The notes beneath the pieces were generated by a model. That model made no database searches. It was given only the letters and a program-made list of their open reading frames with translations, and had not been told where the DNA came from. DNA of 55,006 nt from an uncultured Granulosicoccaceae bacterium (lineage in GTDB: Bacteria > Pseudomonadota > Gammaproteobacteria > Granulosicoccales > Granulosicoccaceae): the NCBI GenBank assembly GCA_964445655.1, contig CAYULV010000003.1:1-55006 (forward strand), read 5' to 3'. Position 1 is the first letter of the stretch. Every line of letters begins with the position of its first letter. Made by a program: the position numbers and the translations under genes. This document shows, piece by piece, positions 19,219 to 29,774 of this stretch.

Positions 19219-20876
19219 TACATGTTCGGGTAATTGGGTCCGCCACCACCTTCGGGCACTACCCATGTAATGTTCTGGCTTGGGTCCTTGATATCGCAGG
19301 TCTTGCAATGAATGCAATTTTGCGAGTTGATCTGGAAGCGTGGAAGATCGTCTTCAACAATGACCTCATAGACTCCGACCGGGCAATAGCGTTGCGCTGG
19401 CTCTGCAAATTTTGGCAAGTTGACGGTTATTGGAACAGTGGAATCAGTTAACTGCAAGTGTACCGGCTGATTGTCTTCATGATTCGTATTCGACAGAAAC
19501 ACTGACGACGGTTTGTCAAAGCTGATCTTGCCATCAGGTTTTGGGTATTCGATCGGTGAACAGGCATCAGCGCGCTTCATGCATTCATGGTCAGGCGTGT
19601 TGTCACTGAGTTTGAACGGTAATCGACCGCCAAAGAAATTCTGATCGATGAAATTGTAGGCACCTCCAAGGTACATGCCGAACTTGTGTAGCGCTGCACC
19701 CCAGTTTCGCGAAGCATGTAGTTCCTGGCCAGCCCAGCTCGAGAGGAAAGCGTCGTTGAATTCGGTCAGTTCGCGTCCTTCATTGTTTTCTTCAGCGAGA
19801 GCCGTGGCGATGGTTTCGGCAGCGACCATCCCGGATTTCATTGCCGTATGTGTGCCTTTGATTTTGGCGAAATTCAGTGTCCCGGCTTCACAACCTACGA
19901 GCAAACCGCCTGGCATACTCATGCGGGGCAAGGAGTTCAGGCCGCCTTTGGCAATAGCACGGGCGCCATAGCTAACCCGCTCGCCACCTTCGAGAACACC
20001 ACGAATGGTGGGGTGTTGCTTGAATCGTTGAAATTCCTCAAAGGTACTTAAATGAGGATTCGAATAGTTCAGATCAATTATCAGTCCGACGACAACTTGA
20101 TTATCTTCGAGGTGGTACAAGAAGCCACCACCCGTACTGCCCGATTCTGACAATGGCCAGCCGGCCCCGTGTACGACAACACCCGGCTCATGTTTGTCGG
20201 GATCAACCTGCCATAACTCTTTCAACCCAATGCCATAGTGTTGCGGCGCCTTGTCTGCATCAAGATCGAATTTTGTTATCAGTTCCTTGCCGAGATGTCC
20301 ACGGCATCCCTCAGCAAAGACGGTGTAACGGGCGTGCAGTTCCATGCCTCGTTCGTGTCCGTCTTTAGGATTGCCTTCGGCATCGAGCCCCATGTCGCCA
20401 GTAGCGACGCCTCTGATGCGTCCATCTTCATGGTAAAGAATTTCTGCGGCCGCAAAGCCTGGAAAGATCTCTACGCCAAGGTTTTCCGCCTGTTCTCCTA
20501 GCCAACGAGTGAGGTTACCTACGCTCGCGATGTAGTTCCCGTGGTTGTGCATGGTCTTTGGCGACATGAATCCGGGCATGCGCAATGACTTTTGCTCGCT
20601 GGTAAAGAACAGAATGTCGTCACGTGTCACTGCGGTGTTCAGTGGTGCCCCTTGTTCTTTCCAGTTCGGGAACAGTTCTTCAAGCGCGCGAGGTTCAACG
20701 ACTGCGCCAGACAAAATATGAGCGCCGACTTCGGACCCTTTTTCCAGTACTACAACCGAGATTTCCTGCTCTTTTTCTTGAGCGATCTGCATCAAGCGGC
20801 ATGCCGTTGAAAGCCCTGCAGGGCCTGCGCCAACGACGACCACATCGAACTCCATGGATTCGCGTTCTGTGCTCAT
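19218..20876 (-). CDS. Electron transfer flavoprotein-ubiquinone oxidoreductase
   Basis: DVVVVGAGPAGL, EKGSEVGAHILSGA, KIKGTHTAMKSG, C-terminal 4Fe-4S motifs YCP...NCIHCKTCDIKDP, GGGPNYPNM. Confidence 0.96.
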   Translation of the reverse strand: MSTERESMEFDVVVVGAGPAGLSTACRLMQIAQEKEQEISVVVLEKGSEVGAHILSGAVVEPRALEELFPNWKEQGAPLNTAVTRDDILFFTSEQKSLRMPGFMSPKTMHNHGNYIASVGNLTRWLGEQAENLGVEIFPGFAAAEILYHEDGRIRGVATGDMGLDAEGNPKDGHERGMELHARYTVFAEGCRGHLGKELITKFDLDADKAPQHYGIGLKELWQVDPDKHEPGVVVHGAGWPLSESGSTGGGFLYHLEDNQVVVGLIIDLNYSNPHLSTFEEFQRFKQHPTIRGVLEGGERVSYGARAIAKGGLNSLPRMSMPGGLLVGCEAGTLNFAKIKGTHTAMKSGMVAAETIATALAEENNEGRELTEFNDAFLSSWAGQELHASRNWGAALHKFGMYLGGAYNFIDQNFFGGRLPFKLSDNTPDHECMKRADACSPIEYPKPDGKISFDKPSSVFLSNTNHEDNQPVHLQLTDSTVPITVNLPKFAEPAQRYCPVGVYEVIVEDDLPRFQINSQNCIHCKTCDIKDPSQNITWVVPEGGGGPNYPNM

Positions 20877-20971
20877 CTTATAGTCTCGCCTGTCATGTTT
20901 AGGTTAATAATAAACTCTTGCTGCTGGTACTGCTTGTCAATTCAAGACTCAACAAGGGTTTGAACATTGGG

Positions 20972-22381
20972 TTAAGCAAATTGTTCAAGCTTTAACAAAT
21001 TGGTGGTTTTTCCGCGTTTGGCTGCCGCGGCTTTAGCGCCAAAATCCTTCCGTAGTTTTTTCGCCAGTACTTTCATTGACGACTTCTCGCCATGTACGAG
21101 TAGAACCGGTGGGCGGTTTTTGAAGTTGCCGTACCAGGTCAGCATGCCGTCCTGATCGGCATGGGCTGATAAACCACCGACGGTATGAATACTGGCTCGC
21201 ACCTTGATTCGCTCACGCCAGAGCTTGACCGTATCGTCGCCATCAACAAGTCGACGTCCCAGTGTGCCCGGTCCCTGATAGCCAGCAATGATTACATGCG
21301 CGTCCGGTCGCCAAAGGTTGTGTTTCAAATGATGCAGTATGCGACCACCATTACACATGCCACTGCCAGCGACCACGATGGCACCCGATGGCATCGCATT
21401 GATGGCGCGGGACTCGTCAGCTGTGCGCGAGAATTTCAGATTAGGCATGGCGAGCAAGGGGCCATTCTGTTTATAGAATTCGGCTGCTTCCTCATCATAG
21501 AGTCCAATGTGTTTCAGATAAACTTCACTGGCTTCTATCGCCATGGGACTGTCGAGAAAAATCTTCCACGGCGCAAGATTCCACTCCTTGAAATAGCGAG
21601 CCATGGTGTAGAGAATCATCTGGCTACGTCCGACGGCAAAAGCCGGGATCAAAATGTTGCCTCGGGTGGCCGTGACAGTACTTGCAATGTCGCTGACTTC
21701 GGCCAGCGTGTCCTTCCAGTCTCGGTGTTCACGATTGCCATAAGTGCTTTCCATCAGCACCAGGTCTGCGTCTTCAAGCATGTGAAAGTCGCGAAGTATT
21801 GGTGAGCCACGATGACCAAGGTCACCACTGAAGACGACCTTGCGAGTTTCCGAACCTTCAGTCAGTTGGAGTTCCACCATCGCAGAGCCAATGATGTGTC
21901 CAGCGTCGAACAGTTGTACGGTGATACCGTGCGCGACTTCAATGGGCTTTCGGTACGGAATCGGTTCAAGGCGCTTCAGTGTCTTTTCAACATCATTGGC
22001 TTCGTACAAGGGTGATAGCAGCGGTTTGCCTTCGCGTTTGCGGCGCTTGTTCTTGCGTTCAACATCACGGGCGTTCAGATGAGCTGAGTCTTTCAACAGG
22101 ATATTGACGAGATCGCAACTGGCAGGGTGGGAGTAGATTCGGCCCTTGAAACCTTGCTTGATCAGTATTGGTAAGCGGCCACTGTGATCAATATGCGCGT
22201 GGCTGAGCACAACGGCGTCCAGCTCGGCCGGATTGAAAGGGAAGGGGTCATGGTTACGTAGCTCGTCCTTTCTGCGTCCCTGGATCAGCCCACAGTCGAG
22301 CAGGACTTTGGCGTCGCCTGCCTCCAGCAGATGGCAGGAGCCTGTTACTTCTTCAGTCGCACCGTAGCTCGTCAGTTTCAT
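20972..22381 (-). CDS. Metallo-beta-lactamase / beta-CASP ribonuclease (CPSF73/Ysh1-like bacterial family)
   Basis: EVTGSCH, DCG, SHAHIDHSG, AGHIIGSA, SGD, ESTYG, AVGR, GSGMCNGG, SAHAD, VHGE. Confidence 0.93.
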   Translation of the reverse strand: MKLTSYGATEEVTGSCHLLEAGDAKVLLDCGLIQGRRKDELRNHDPFPFNPAELDAVVLSHAHIDHSGRLPILIKQGFKGRIYSHPASCDLVNILLKDSAHLNARDVERKNKRRKREGKPLLSPLYEANDVEKTLKRLEPIPYRKPIEVAHGITVQLFDAGHIIGSAMVELQLTEGSETRKVVFSGDLGHRGSPILRDFHMLEDADLVLMESTYGNREHRDWKDTLAEVSDIASTVTATRGNILIPAFAVGRSQMILYTMARYFKEWNLAPWKIFLDSPMAIEASEVYLKHIGLYDEEAAEFYKQNGPLLAMPNLKFSRTADESRAINAMPSGAIVVAGSGMCNGGRILHHLKHNLWRPDAHVIIAGYQGPGTLGRRLVDGDDTVKLWRERIKVRASIHTVGGLSAHADQDGMLTWYGNFKNRPPVLLVHGEKSSMKVLAKKLRKDFGAKAAAAKRGKTTNLLKLEQFA

Positions 22382-22459
22382 GGCATTTTGTCTTCCGCCG
22401 TCCTGCGGCGATTGTCCGCGTATATACTGCTGCCATTGTAGCGATTTCCCGCCCTGTTA

Positions 22460-24625
22460 ATGATTCAATTCTATGCCACCTGCGCGTCTGGTCTGGCACC
22501 GCTTCTGGCAGACGAGCTGACGTCCATCGGCCTCAGCGGGGTGCGGCGGGCAGGAGCAGGGGCCAGTTTTACCGGTACTGTTGAAGATGCCTACAGAGCT
22601 TGCCTGTGGTCTCGGCTCGCCAATCGGGTGCTATTGCCCCTGCATCGAGTGGCGGCTGAGACGCCCGAATCGCTTTATGCGGGTGTCCGTGAGGTTGACT
22701 GGTCAGCGCATTTGCGCTCGAGCAACACATTAGCCGTAGACTTTTTTTCTGCCCATTCGAGCATTACGCATACTCAGTTTGGCGCGCAGAAAGTCAAGGA
22801 TGCCATTGTCGATCAATTCCGTGAAGCCAGCGGTGATCGACCCAATGTCGATCGTGATCGGCCGGATATCCGTGTCAATGTATATGTCTTCAAGAATGAG
22901 GCGCGTATCGCGATGGACTTGTCAGGGGACAGTTTGCATCGACGGGGTTATCGAAGAGAGGGGGGCAGAGCGCCCTTGAAGGAAAATCTGGCGGCCGGTC
23001 TGCTGCTGTTGGCTGAGTGGCCGCGTCTTTTAAAAGAGGGTGAGGCGTTCGTCGATCCCATGTGTGGCTCTGGAACACTGGCTATAGAAGCTGCACTGAT
23101 CGCAGGAAATATTCCGCCTGCCTGGTCACGCGATTATTTTGGATTTACTGCCTGGCTTGAACATGATCCATCTCAATGGGAAAAATTGCGTAATGAGGCC
23201 GAAGCGGCAAGAAGGCCCATTGATGTCGAGATTGTGGCAAGTGATCAATCGTCAGTGGTATTGGAAGAGTGTCGACTGAACGTATCGCAGGCTGGCCTTG
23301 GAGAAAGCATTGATATACAGCAACACGATGTACTCAAGCACGGAATCGACAAATCAACTTCATCAAAAGGATTGCTATTGACCAATCCACCTTATGGCGA
23401 ACGTTTGCAAACTGACGATCATTTCTACGCTTCTCTCGGTCAGGCGCTGAGTCGTCACTATGGTGGTTGGTCGTGTCATGTATTTACCGCAGATAGCGCA
23501 CCGTGGCGTCAAATGGCGTTGCAGTTGAATCCTGTACTTCAAATCAAAAATGGTGGAATAGAGTGTTTGTTGCTGGGTGGCGATATTCCCTCGACTCGAG
23601 CATCGCAGGGTGCTGCCATTGATGTCACCGCATTTTCAAATCGCGTAAAGAAAAATGCTCGCTCGCTCAAGGGCTGGGTGAAGCAGTCCAATGTTCAAGC
23701 TTATCGCTTGTATGATGCCGATTTGCCCGATTTCTCTGTTGCTATCGATATCTACAATGCTGATGAGAAGCATTGTGTGGTTCAGGAATACAAAGCACCA
23801 CGTACAGTCAATATCGCCGTTGCAGCGGACAGACTCGCTGGCGTCATGGATTGCTTGCCGGGGCTTCTGGATATCCCGCCGCAGAACGTACACTTGCGCT
23901 TGCGGGAACGTCAGGGCGGTACTGCTCAGTACACCAAAAGTGATAGTACTCAGTCAGTTGTTTCAACAGTTGAAGAGTATGGCGCGCGTTATGAAGTCAA
24001 TTTCACGGATTATCTGGATACCGGACTTTTTCTTGACCATAGACCGGTACGCCGTTATATCCAGCAGACAATCAAAGGCGGACGTTTTTTAAATCTGTTT
24101 GCCTACACTGCCACCGCAACGGTCGCTGCGGTGTTGGGAGGCGCTGGGCATAGTGTCTCTGTTGATTTGTCAAAAACCTATTGTGACTGGGCTAAGCGTA
24201 ATCTTGACCATAACCACGCTGATCCTGAATGCCACCAAGTGGTTCGCCAGGATGTCATGGGGTGGCTCGATAGCGATGCCGCTAAGGGTCATGAACCATT
24301 TGATATGATTCTGTTGGACCCGCCCACATTCTCGAACTCCAGCTCGGTCGAAAAGGACTGGAATGTACAGGAGCATCATGTTGATGCAATCAGGGCTTGT
24401 CTCGATTTACTGGCGCCTGGTGGAGTTTTGATATTCTCCAACAATTTTCGAAAATTCAAACTTGATGAAGCTGGACTCATGGCAACTGCACAGAACCCAG
24501 GTGATATCGAGATCGAGGATCGGAGTCGCTGGTCAATTGACAAGGATTTTCAACGCAACAGCCGGGTACATCAATGCTGGTTTGTCATGAAAAATCCGCG
24601 TCCCCGGTCCTTGAAGACCGGGTAG
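22460..24625 (+). CDS. rlmKL: Bifunctional 23S rRNA m2G2445/m7G2069 methyltransferase RlmKL
   Basis: THUMP region, SLHRRGYR, APLKENLAA, DPMCGSGT, NPPYG; second methyltransferase with YRLYDAD, DTGLFLDHR, LNLFAYT, DPPTF. Confidence 0.95.
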   Translation: MIQFYATCASGLAPLLADELTSIGLSGVRRAGAGASFTGTVEDAYRACLWSRLANRVLLPLHRVAAETPESLYAGVREVDWSAHLRSSNTLAVDFFSAHSSITHTQFGAQKVKDAIVDQFREASGDRPNVDRDRPDIRVNVYVFKNEARIAMDLSGDSLHRRGYRREGGRAPLKENLAAGLLLLAEWPRLLKEGEAFVDPMCGSGTLAIEAALIAGNIPPAWSRDYFGFTAWLEHDPSQWEKLRNEAEAARRPIDVEIVASDQSSVVLEECRLNVSQAGLGESIDIQQHDVLKHGIDKSTSSKGLLLTNPPYGERLQTDDHFYASLGQALSRHYGGWSCHVFTADSAPWRQMALQLNPVLQIKNGGIECLLLGGDIPSTRASQGAAIDVTAFSNRVKKNARSLKGWVKQSNVQAYRLYDADLPDFSVAIDIYNADEKHCVVQEYKAPRTVNIAVAADRLAGVMDCLPGLLDIPPQNVHLRLRERQGGTAQYTKSDSTQSVVSTVEEYGARYEVNFTDYLDTGLFLDHRPVRRYIQQTIKGGRFLNLFAYTATATVAAVLGGAGHSVSVDLSKTYCDWAKRNLDHNHADPECHQVVRQDVMGWLDSDAAKGHEPFDMILLDPPTFSNSSSVEKDWNVQEHHVDAIRACLDLLAPGGVLIFSNNFRKFKLDEAGLMATAQNPGDIEIEDRSRWSIDKDFQRNSRVHQCWFVMKNPRPRSLKTG

Positions 24626-24703
24626 CATTGTCTGAGTCTGATTCGTACACGCATCGGCAAACATTGCCTGTTTCGCTATCTATGATTTTTATCGGAGAAC
24701 CCT

Positions 24704-25801
24704 GTGGCTGAATTTTTCTTCAACTATGGATTATTTTTTCTGAAAACCTTGACCTTTGTCATCGCCGTTATCGCGATCGTCACGGTAATCGTATCTGCTA
24801 CAGCGCGGCGCCCATCAGGTGGAGACAAGGACGGGCATATCGAAATTCTCAAATATAACGAGCGTCTGGATGACATGGCCGAAGCGCTGTCTTTTTCCAT
24901 GCTCGAACCCGTTGAGCAAAAGCACGCCCTAAAGGACAAGAAGGCGACGGAAAAGGCTGAAAAGAAAGCCGCAAAAGCGGCGGCAAAACGTGCGAAAAAA
25001 CAGCGTGGTTCTGGTGAAACCGTTTTGAGTGAGCCGACTCGAAAGCGTGTCTATGTCCTGGATTTTGATGGTGATATCCGTGCCAGCGATGTTGAGAAAC
25101 TGCGTCGGGAAATTACCGCTGTCCTGACAACTGCCACCAGCGATGATGAAGTTGTGGTCAAGGTTGAAAGCGGTGGCGGCATGGTGACGTCTTACGGTCT
25201 GGCAGCTTCACAGCTGGATCGCTTGCGCAAGAAAAAAATCCCGCTGACGATTTGCGTTGACAAAGTCGCAGCCAGCGGTGGTTACATGATGGCCTGTGTT
25301 GCAGACAAGCTGGTGGCAGCCCCTTTTGCAGTGCTCGGTTCTATTGGTGTGGTCGCACAGATACCAAACTTTCATCGTTTGCTTAAGCAATTCAATATCG
25401 ACTTCGAAATGTTGACGGCAGGTAAGTACAAACGAACCCTGACGCTGTTTGGGGAAAATACCGATGAGGCACGTACGAAATTTCTTGAAGATATTGAGCG
25501 CATACATCAGCAATTCAAAACCTATGTTGGAGAGCGCCGACCATCGCTTGACATCGAAAAGGTAGCTACAGGCGAAATCTGGTCTGGTCAGGATGTGTTG
25601 GATCTGGATCTGGCTGATCAATTGTCCACCAGTGATGAGTATCTGGTAGATGCCTGTAGTGAGTGTGATGTACTTATGGTCAACTACAAGGAAAAGAAAA
25701 GCCTGATGACGCGATTCAATCTTGGTGTTCAACAGGGCGTTGATAGCTTGTTGATGAAGTGGCTGGATCGATTGATGAAGAGCCGGTTTTCAGCTAGTTG
25801 A
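24704..25801 (+). CDS. sohB: Protease SohB (peptidase S49)
   Basis: N-terminal YGLFFLKTLT anchor, VLDFDGDIRAS, ESGGG, DKVAASGGY, GSIGV, TAGKYKRT. Confidence 0.95.
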   Translation: MAEFFFNYGLFFLKTLTFVIAVIAIVTVIVSATARRPSGGDKDGHIEILKYNERLDDMAEALSFSMLEPVEQKHALKDKKATEKAEKKAAKAAAKRAKKQRGSGETVLSEPTRKRVYVLDFDGDIRASDVEKLRREITAVLTTATSDDEVVVKVESGGGMVTSYGLAASQLDRLRKKKIPLTICVDKVAASGGYMMACVADKLVAAPFAVLGSIGVVAQIPNFHRLLKQFNIDFEMLTAGKYKRTLTLFGENTDEARTKFLEDIERIHQQFKTYVGERRPSLDIEKVATGEIWSGQDVLDLDLADQLSTSDEYLVDACSECDVLMVNYKEKKSLMTRFNLGVQQGVDSLLMKWLDRLMKSRFSAS

Positions 25802-25835
25802 CATAAGTCTACGTTCAGAAATAGTCACTCTGAAC

Positions 25836-27554
25836 CTAGATCTGATTCGTCCATTCGCGCAACTGAAATTTCTGAATCTTGCCGGTAGATGTTTTCGGCA
25901 AATCACGAAATACAATGTGTTTGGGGCACTTGAAGTGAGCCAGACGTTCACGGCACCAGTCAATCAGCTCTTGTTCGCTGACTTGGCTACCCGTCTTGAG
26001 TTCGATGAAGGCGCAAGGAACCTCGCCCCAGTGATCATCCGCTTTGGCAGCGACTGCAGCATCAAGCACAGCAGGGTGGGCATACAATGTGTTTTCGATC
26101 TCGATGGATGAGATATTTTCGCCGCCGGATATGATGATGTCTTTGGCACGATCGAGAATTCGCAGGTATCCGTCCTCGTCCATGACGGCAAGATCGCCAC
26201 TGTGAAACCAACCACCACGAAAGGCTTCCTCATTAGCTTCCTGATTTTGGAAATAACCTCGCATCACGATATTACCGCGGAACATGATCTCGCCAATGGT
26301 AGTGCCATCACGCGGTACAGGCTTCATGGTTTCAGGGTCCATGACGTCAAGGCCTTCCAGGACTTGATAACGAACACCTTGGCGTGATTTCAAACCTGCG
26401 CGTTCATCATCATCAAGTGCGTTCCATTCTGATTTCCATGCGCAGATAACAGCCGGGCCGTAGGTTTCGGTCAATCCATATACATGTGTGATGTCAAAGC
26501 CAAGTCTCTCGACAGCTGACAGCACACTTGCCGGTGGTGGGGCGGCGGCGGTCATGACCTTGACAGTATGTGCCATGGGTTTGATTTCATTCTCTGCCGC
26601 ATTGATAATGAAATTCAGAATAATCGGTGCACCGCAGAAGTGTGTGACGCCGTGAGTTTCGATCGCATCGTATATGACTGCCGCATCGATTCTTCGAGTG
26701 CAGATACTGGTGCCTGCATTTGCGGCCAATGTCCAAGGGAAACACCAGCCATTGCAATGAAACATGGGTAGCGTCCAAAGATACACGGGATGCATCGGCA
26801 TGTTCCAGCCCGTAATATTTGACATGGCGTTGAGCATGGCTCCGCGATGGTGATAAACGACACCTTTTGGATTGCCGGTCGTTCCTGATGTGTAGTTCAA
26901 GGAGATTGACTGCCACTCATCAGCGGGTAGTTGCCACTGCCAGCTTGGATCTATCGCGGGCAAGCTTGACTGGTTCGCCTTCGATGTCGGGTCTTGAGTG
27001 ACAAATTCCTCGTAAGTTACATCGCTGATTGCATCACCGGTTGCTTCGCTATCATCAATGCAGATCAATATTGGTTTTGTCGTCGCTGGCGTATTACTTT
27101 CGCTAGCGGCTTCTTTTATCAATTTGAGTGCTTGTTGAACGACTGCTGTTGAATCACGGTCAACAAAAATCAGCTTGGCCCCACCATGCTTGAGTATATA
27201 GCTGATCGTTGTTGCTTCTAGTCGGGTATTGATGGCGTTAAGAATAGCGCCACACATCGGCACGCTGAAGTGCAATTCAAACAAGGCTGGAATGTTTGGT
27301 GCGATCACGGCCACCACATCGCCAGTTTCAATACCTAATGCATGTAATCGGGCTGCCGCGGTTTTGCAGCGCGAGTGCACATCTCGCCAGCTTAATTGTT
27401 GATCAGAATGCACAACCGCAAGTTGATCCGGATAGACCTCTGCCGCACGGTTCAGAAAACTCAATGGCGACAACGGCGTGTAATTCGCCGCGTTAGGCGG
27501 CAGTGGCACGCTGCCGTCACCCGGTTGCGCGTTTCGCGATTCAATCATTGTCAT
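25836..27554 (-). CDS. Acyl-CoA synthetase (AMP-binding)
   Basis: [62 protein letters not shown]. Confidence 0.93.
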   Translation of the reverse strand: MTMIESRNAQPGDGSVPLPPNAANYTPLSPLSFLNRAAEVYPDQLAVVHSDQQLSWRDVHSRCKTAAARLHALGIETGDVVAVIAPNIPALFELHFSVPMCGAILNAINTRLEATTISYILKHGGAKLIFVDRDSTAVVQQALKLIKEAASESNTPATTKPILICIDDSEATGDAISDVTYEEFVTQDPTSKANQSSLPAIDPSWQWQLPADEWQSISLNYTSGTTGNPKGVVYHHRGAMLNAMSNITGWNMPMHPVYLWTLPMFHCNGWCFPWTLAANAGTSICTRRIDAAVIYDAIETHGVTHFCGAPIILNFIINAAENEIKPMAHTVKVMTAAAPPPASVLSAVERLGFDITHVYGLTETYGPAVICAWKSEWNALDDDERAGLKSRQGVRYQVLEGLDVMDPETMKPVPRDGTTIGEIMFRGNIVMRGYFQNQEANEEAFRGGWFHSGDLAVMDEDGYLRILDRAKDIIISGGENISSIEIENTLYAHPAVLDAAVAAKADDHWGEVPCAFIELKTGSQVSEQELIDWCRERLAHFKCPKHIVFRDLPKTSTGKIQKFQLREWTNQI

Positions 27555-27593
27555 GATATATGTGGGTGATCAGGATTATGAGTCAACCATACT

Positions 27594-28805
27594 ATGAATG
27601 ATGTAGAGGCCAACGACAATCAGGTACTGCGTGGAGTCCGGGTGCTGGAGATGGGGCAGTTGATCGCCGGACCTTTTGCTGGCCAGATGTTGGCTGCCTT
27701 CGGCGCTGACGTGATCAAGATCGAGCCGCCTGGCCGGGGTGACCCCTTGCGCAAATGGCGTGTACTTGATGATGAGGGAACCTCCTACTGGTGGCGCAGT
27801 ATTGCCAGAAACAAGAAATCAGTGACAGTGGATCTTGGCATCCCGGCTGGGCGTGAAATTGCGCGTCAACTCATGTGTGCAAGTGATGTGGTGATTGAAA
27901 ATTTTCGCCCGGGACGAATGGAGTCATGGGGGCTAGGCCCAGACGATATTCGCCAGGATAATCCGGACCTGATTTACACACGGGTCTCAGGTTATGGTCA
28001 AACGGGCCCGTATGCCAGTCGCCCAGGCTTTGCATCGGCATGTGAAGGGGTTGCCGGGTTGAGGTATGTCAATGGATACCCGGGCGAAACACCGGTACGG
28101 CTCAATCTCAGTCTTGGTGACACGCTAGCGGGCATGCATGCAATGGTGGGTACCTTGCTGGCTCTGTTCAACCGACAGGCAGGGCGCGGTGGGCAGAGTG
28201 TCGACGTCTCCATCGTTGAAAGCATTTTCAACATGCTGGAAGGTGTTTATCCTGAATATGATGGCCGTGGTGTTGTGCGCGAACCATCGGGTTCGACGCT
28301 CACTGGAATCGTGCCGACCAACACATATCGATGTCTCGATGGTCGTTTTATTGTCATTGGTGGCAATGGCGACTCGATCTTCAAGCGATTGATGAATTTG
28401 ATCGGACGTGCGGATCTGGCCAATGATCCACGCATGCAGGACAACGTCGGGCGAGTCGGTTGCGAGCGGGAAATAGACGCCGCTCTACAGGATTGGACAT
28501 CGGGCATGGACGCGGATAGCGCGTTGCAGCAGCTCGATGATACTGATGTCCCGGCAGGCCCAATCAATTCGATTCGCGAGATCGCTGAAGATCAACACTT
28601 TATGGCTCGGGGTGCCTTTGAACCGGTCATGGTAAATGGCGAACCTCGCCACTTGCCGGCAGTTCATCCAAAATTGGATGCGACTCCAGCCGTTACGCGT
28701 TGGCCAGGGCCTGAAATCGGAGAACACACTGTTGAGGTTTTGCATGACTGGCTTGGCGCCAGTGATGTCGAAATTGAGAACTGGCGCACATCGAAAATCG
28801 TGTAA
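27594..28805 (+). CDS. CaiB/BaiF family (class III) CoA-transferase
   Basis: LRGVRVLE, IAGPFA, GADVIKIEPP, RNKKS, ENFRPG, SGYGQTGP, catalytic Asp in SLGD. Confidence 0.93.
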   Translation: MNDVEANDNQVLRGVRVLEMGQLIAGPFAGQMLAAFGADVIKIEPPGRGDPLRKWRVLDDEGTSYWWRSIARNKKSVTVDLGIPAGREIARQLMCASDVVIENFRPGRMESWGLGPDDIRQDNPDLIYTRVSGYGQTGPYASRPGFASACEGVAGLRYVNGYPGETPVRLNLSLGDTLAGMHAMVGTLLALFNRQAGRGGQSVDVSIVESIFNMLEGVYPEYDGRGVVREPSGSTLTGIVPTNTYRCLDGRFIVIGGNGDSIFKRLMNLIGRADLANDPRMQDNVGRVGCEREIDAALQDWTSGMDADSALQQLDDTDVPAGPINSIREIAEDQHFMARGAFEPVMVNGEPRHLPAVHPKLDATPAVTRWPGPEIGEHTVEVLHDWLGASDVEIENWRTSKIV

Positions 28806-28927
28806 ACAGCCGATCCGACTAAACTTCTCCCACATGCAGTGCACTGGCGCAAACTATTGTCCGTAGTGCGTCAAGAAGCTCAAGAACACGTCGATACGAG
28901 CAACAGGCAAGTTAGGAGTGTTCGACA

Positions 28928-29401
28928 TTGGAAAGTTCTCCTTGGGTGCGCATTACGATGGCGGCTGGGCTATATCTGCTCGTCATCTGGGGCCATCTAT
29001 CGTTGGCGGGAGGGACTGCATTCGCAATCTTTTACGCCTTCGCGATGTCAGCGATGCTTGTGTACTGGTCTGATCAGAGTGCACTCAAGCCTGTTGATGC
29101 TGAAAGCATCAGTGCCGCGCTTGGTGACTTTCAGGATCTGGATGAATTATCCCCAGAGGACTGGCGGCAAATATTTGATGCGGATCAAATCATGGATGGT
29201 GTTGAGCCCGTACATGCCTGGGACAAATCTCAAGTCCGGGCCGAGACCGAAACCTTGCGGCCAGTTGATCGTGAAACCTTGCGCAGTGCCTTGACTCGTC
29301 TCGATGTGATCAAAGCCGAATTGAAATCGCAATACGCTCAACTTGGTAAGGATCAAACAGCATGGCGCAGCGGTGATCGCTGGCGCTTTGACGGATTATA
29401 G
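28928..29401 (+). CDS. Hypothetical protein with two N-terminal TM segments
   Basis: 157-aa ORF, TTG start after AGGAG, directly upstream of the Hpt gene. Confidence 0.6.
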   Translation: MESSPWVRITMAAGLYLLVIWGHLSLAGGTAFAIFYAFAMSAMLVYWSDQSALKPVDAESISAALGDFQDLDELSPEDWRQIFDADQIMDGVEPVHAWDKSQVRAETETLRPVDRETLRSALTRLDVIKAELKSQYAQLGKDQTAWRSGDRWRFDGL

Positions 29402-29414
29402 GGAGCTGTATCAG

Positions 29415-29774
29415 ATGACCGAGTTGATTAATATTCGTGCGCTCGAAGCTATTGAAGCTTTACAACGCCCTGGCAAGCCTAATCTATTAGACATGGTTGT
29501 TGGGTTGTTTGAAACGGATGCGCCGAAAAATATTGATTCCTTGCTCGGCGCTCTCGAAGCGAGCGATCTGGAGCTCGTCAGAACCTCAGCTCACACCTTG
29601 AAATCGAGTAGCGCCTACCTCGGTGCTGCGAAGCTCTCTGAACTTTGTCGCGACATCGAACATGCCGCGCGCAATGATGATGAATCAACGTGTGCATCAT
29701 TGGCCGTCGATTTGTCAGCTTTGTACGAAAACTCTCTCGCTGAGTTGCACTTGAGGAGGCAAAAAGCCGCCTGA
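29415..29774 (+). CDS. Stand-alone Hpt phosphotransfer protein
   Basis: AHTLKSSSAYLGA...LCRDIE Hpt signature. ATG at 29415 follows GGGAG; the stop overlaps the next ATG. Confidence 0.9.
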   Translation: MTELINIRALEAIEALQRPGKPNLLDMVVGLFETDAPKNIDSLLGALEASDLELVRTSAHTLKSSSAYLGAAKLSELCRDIEHAARNDDESTCASLAVDLSALYENSLAELHLRRQKAA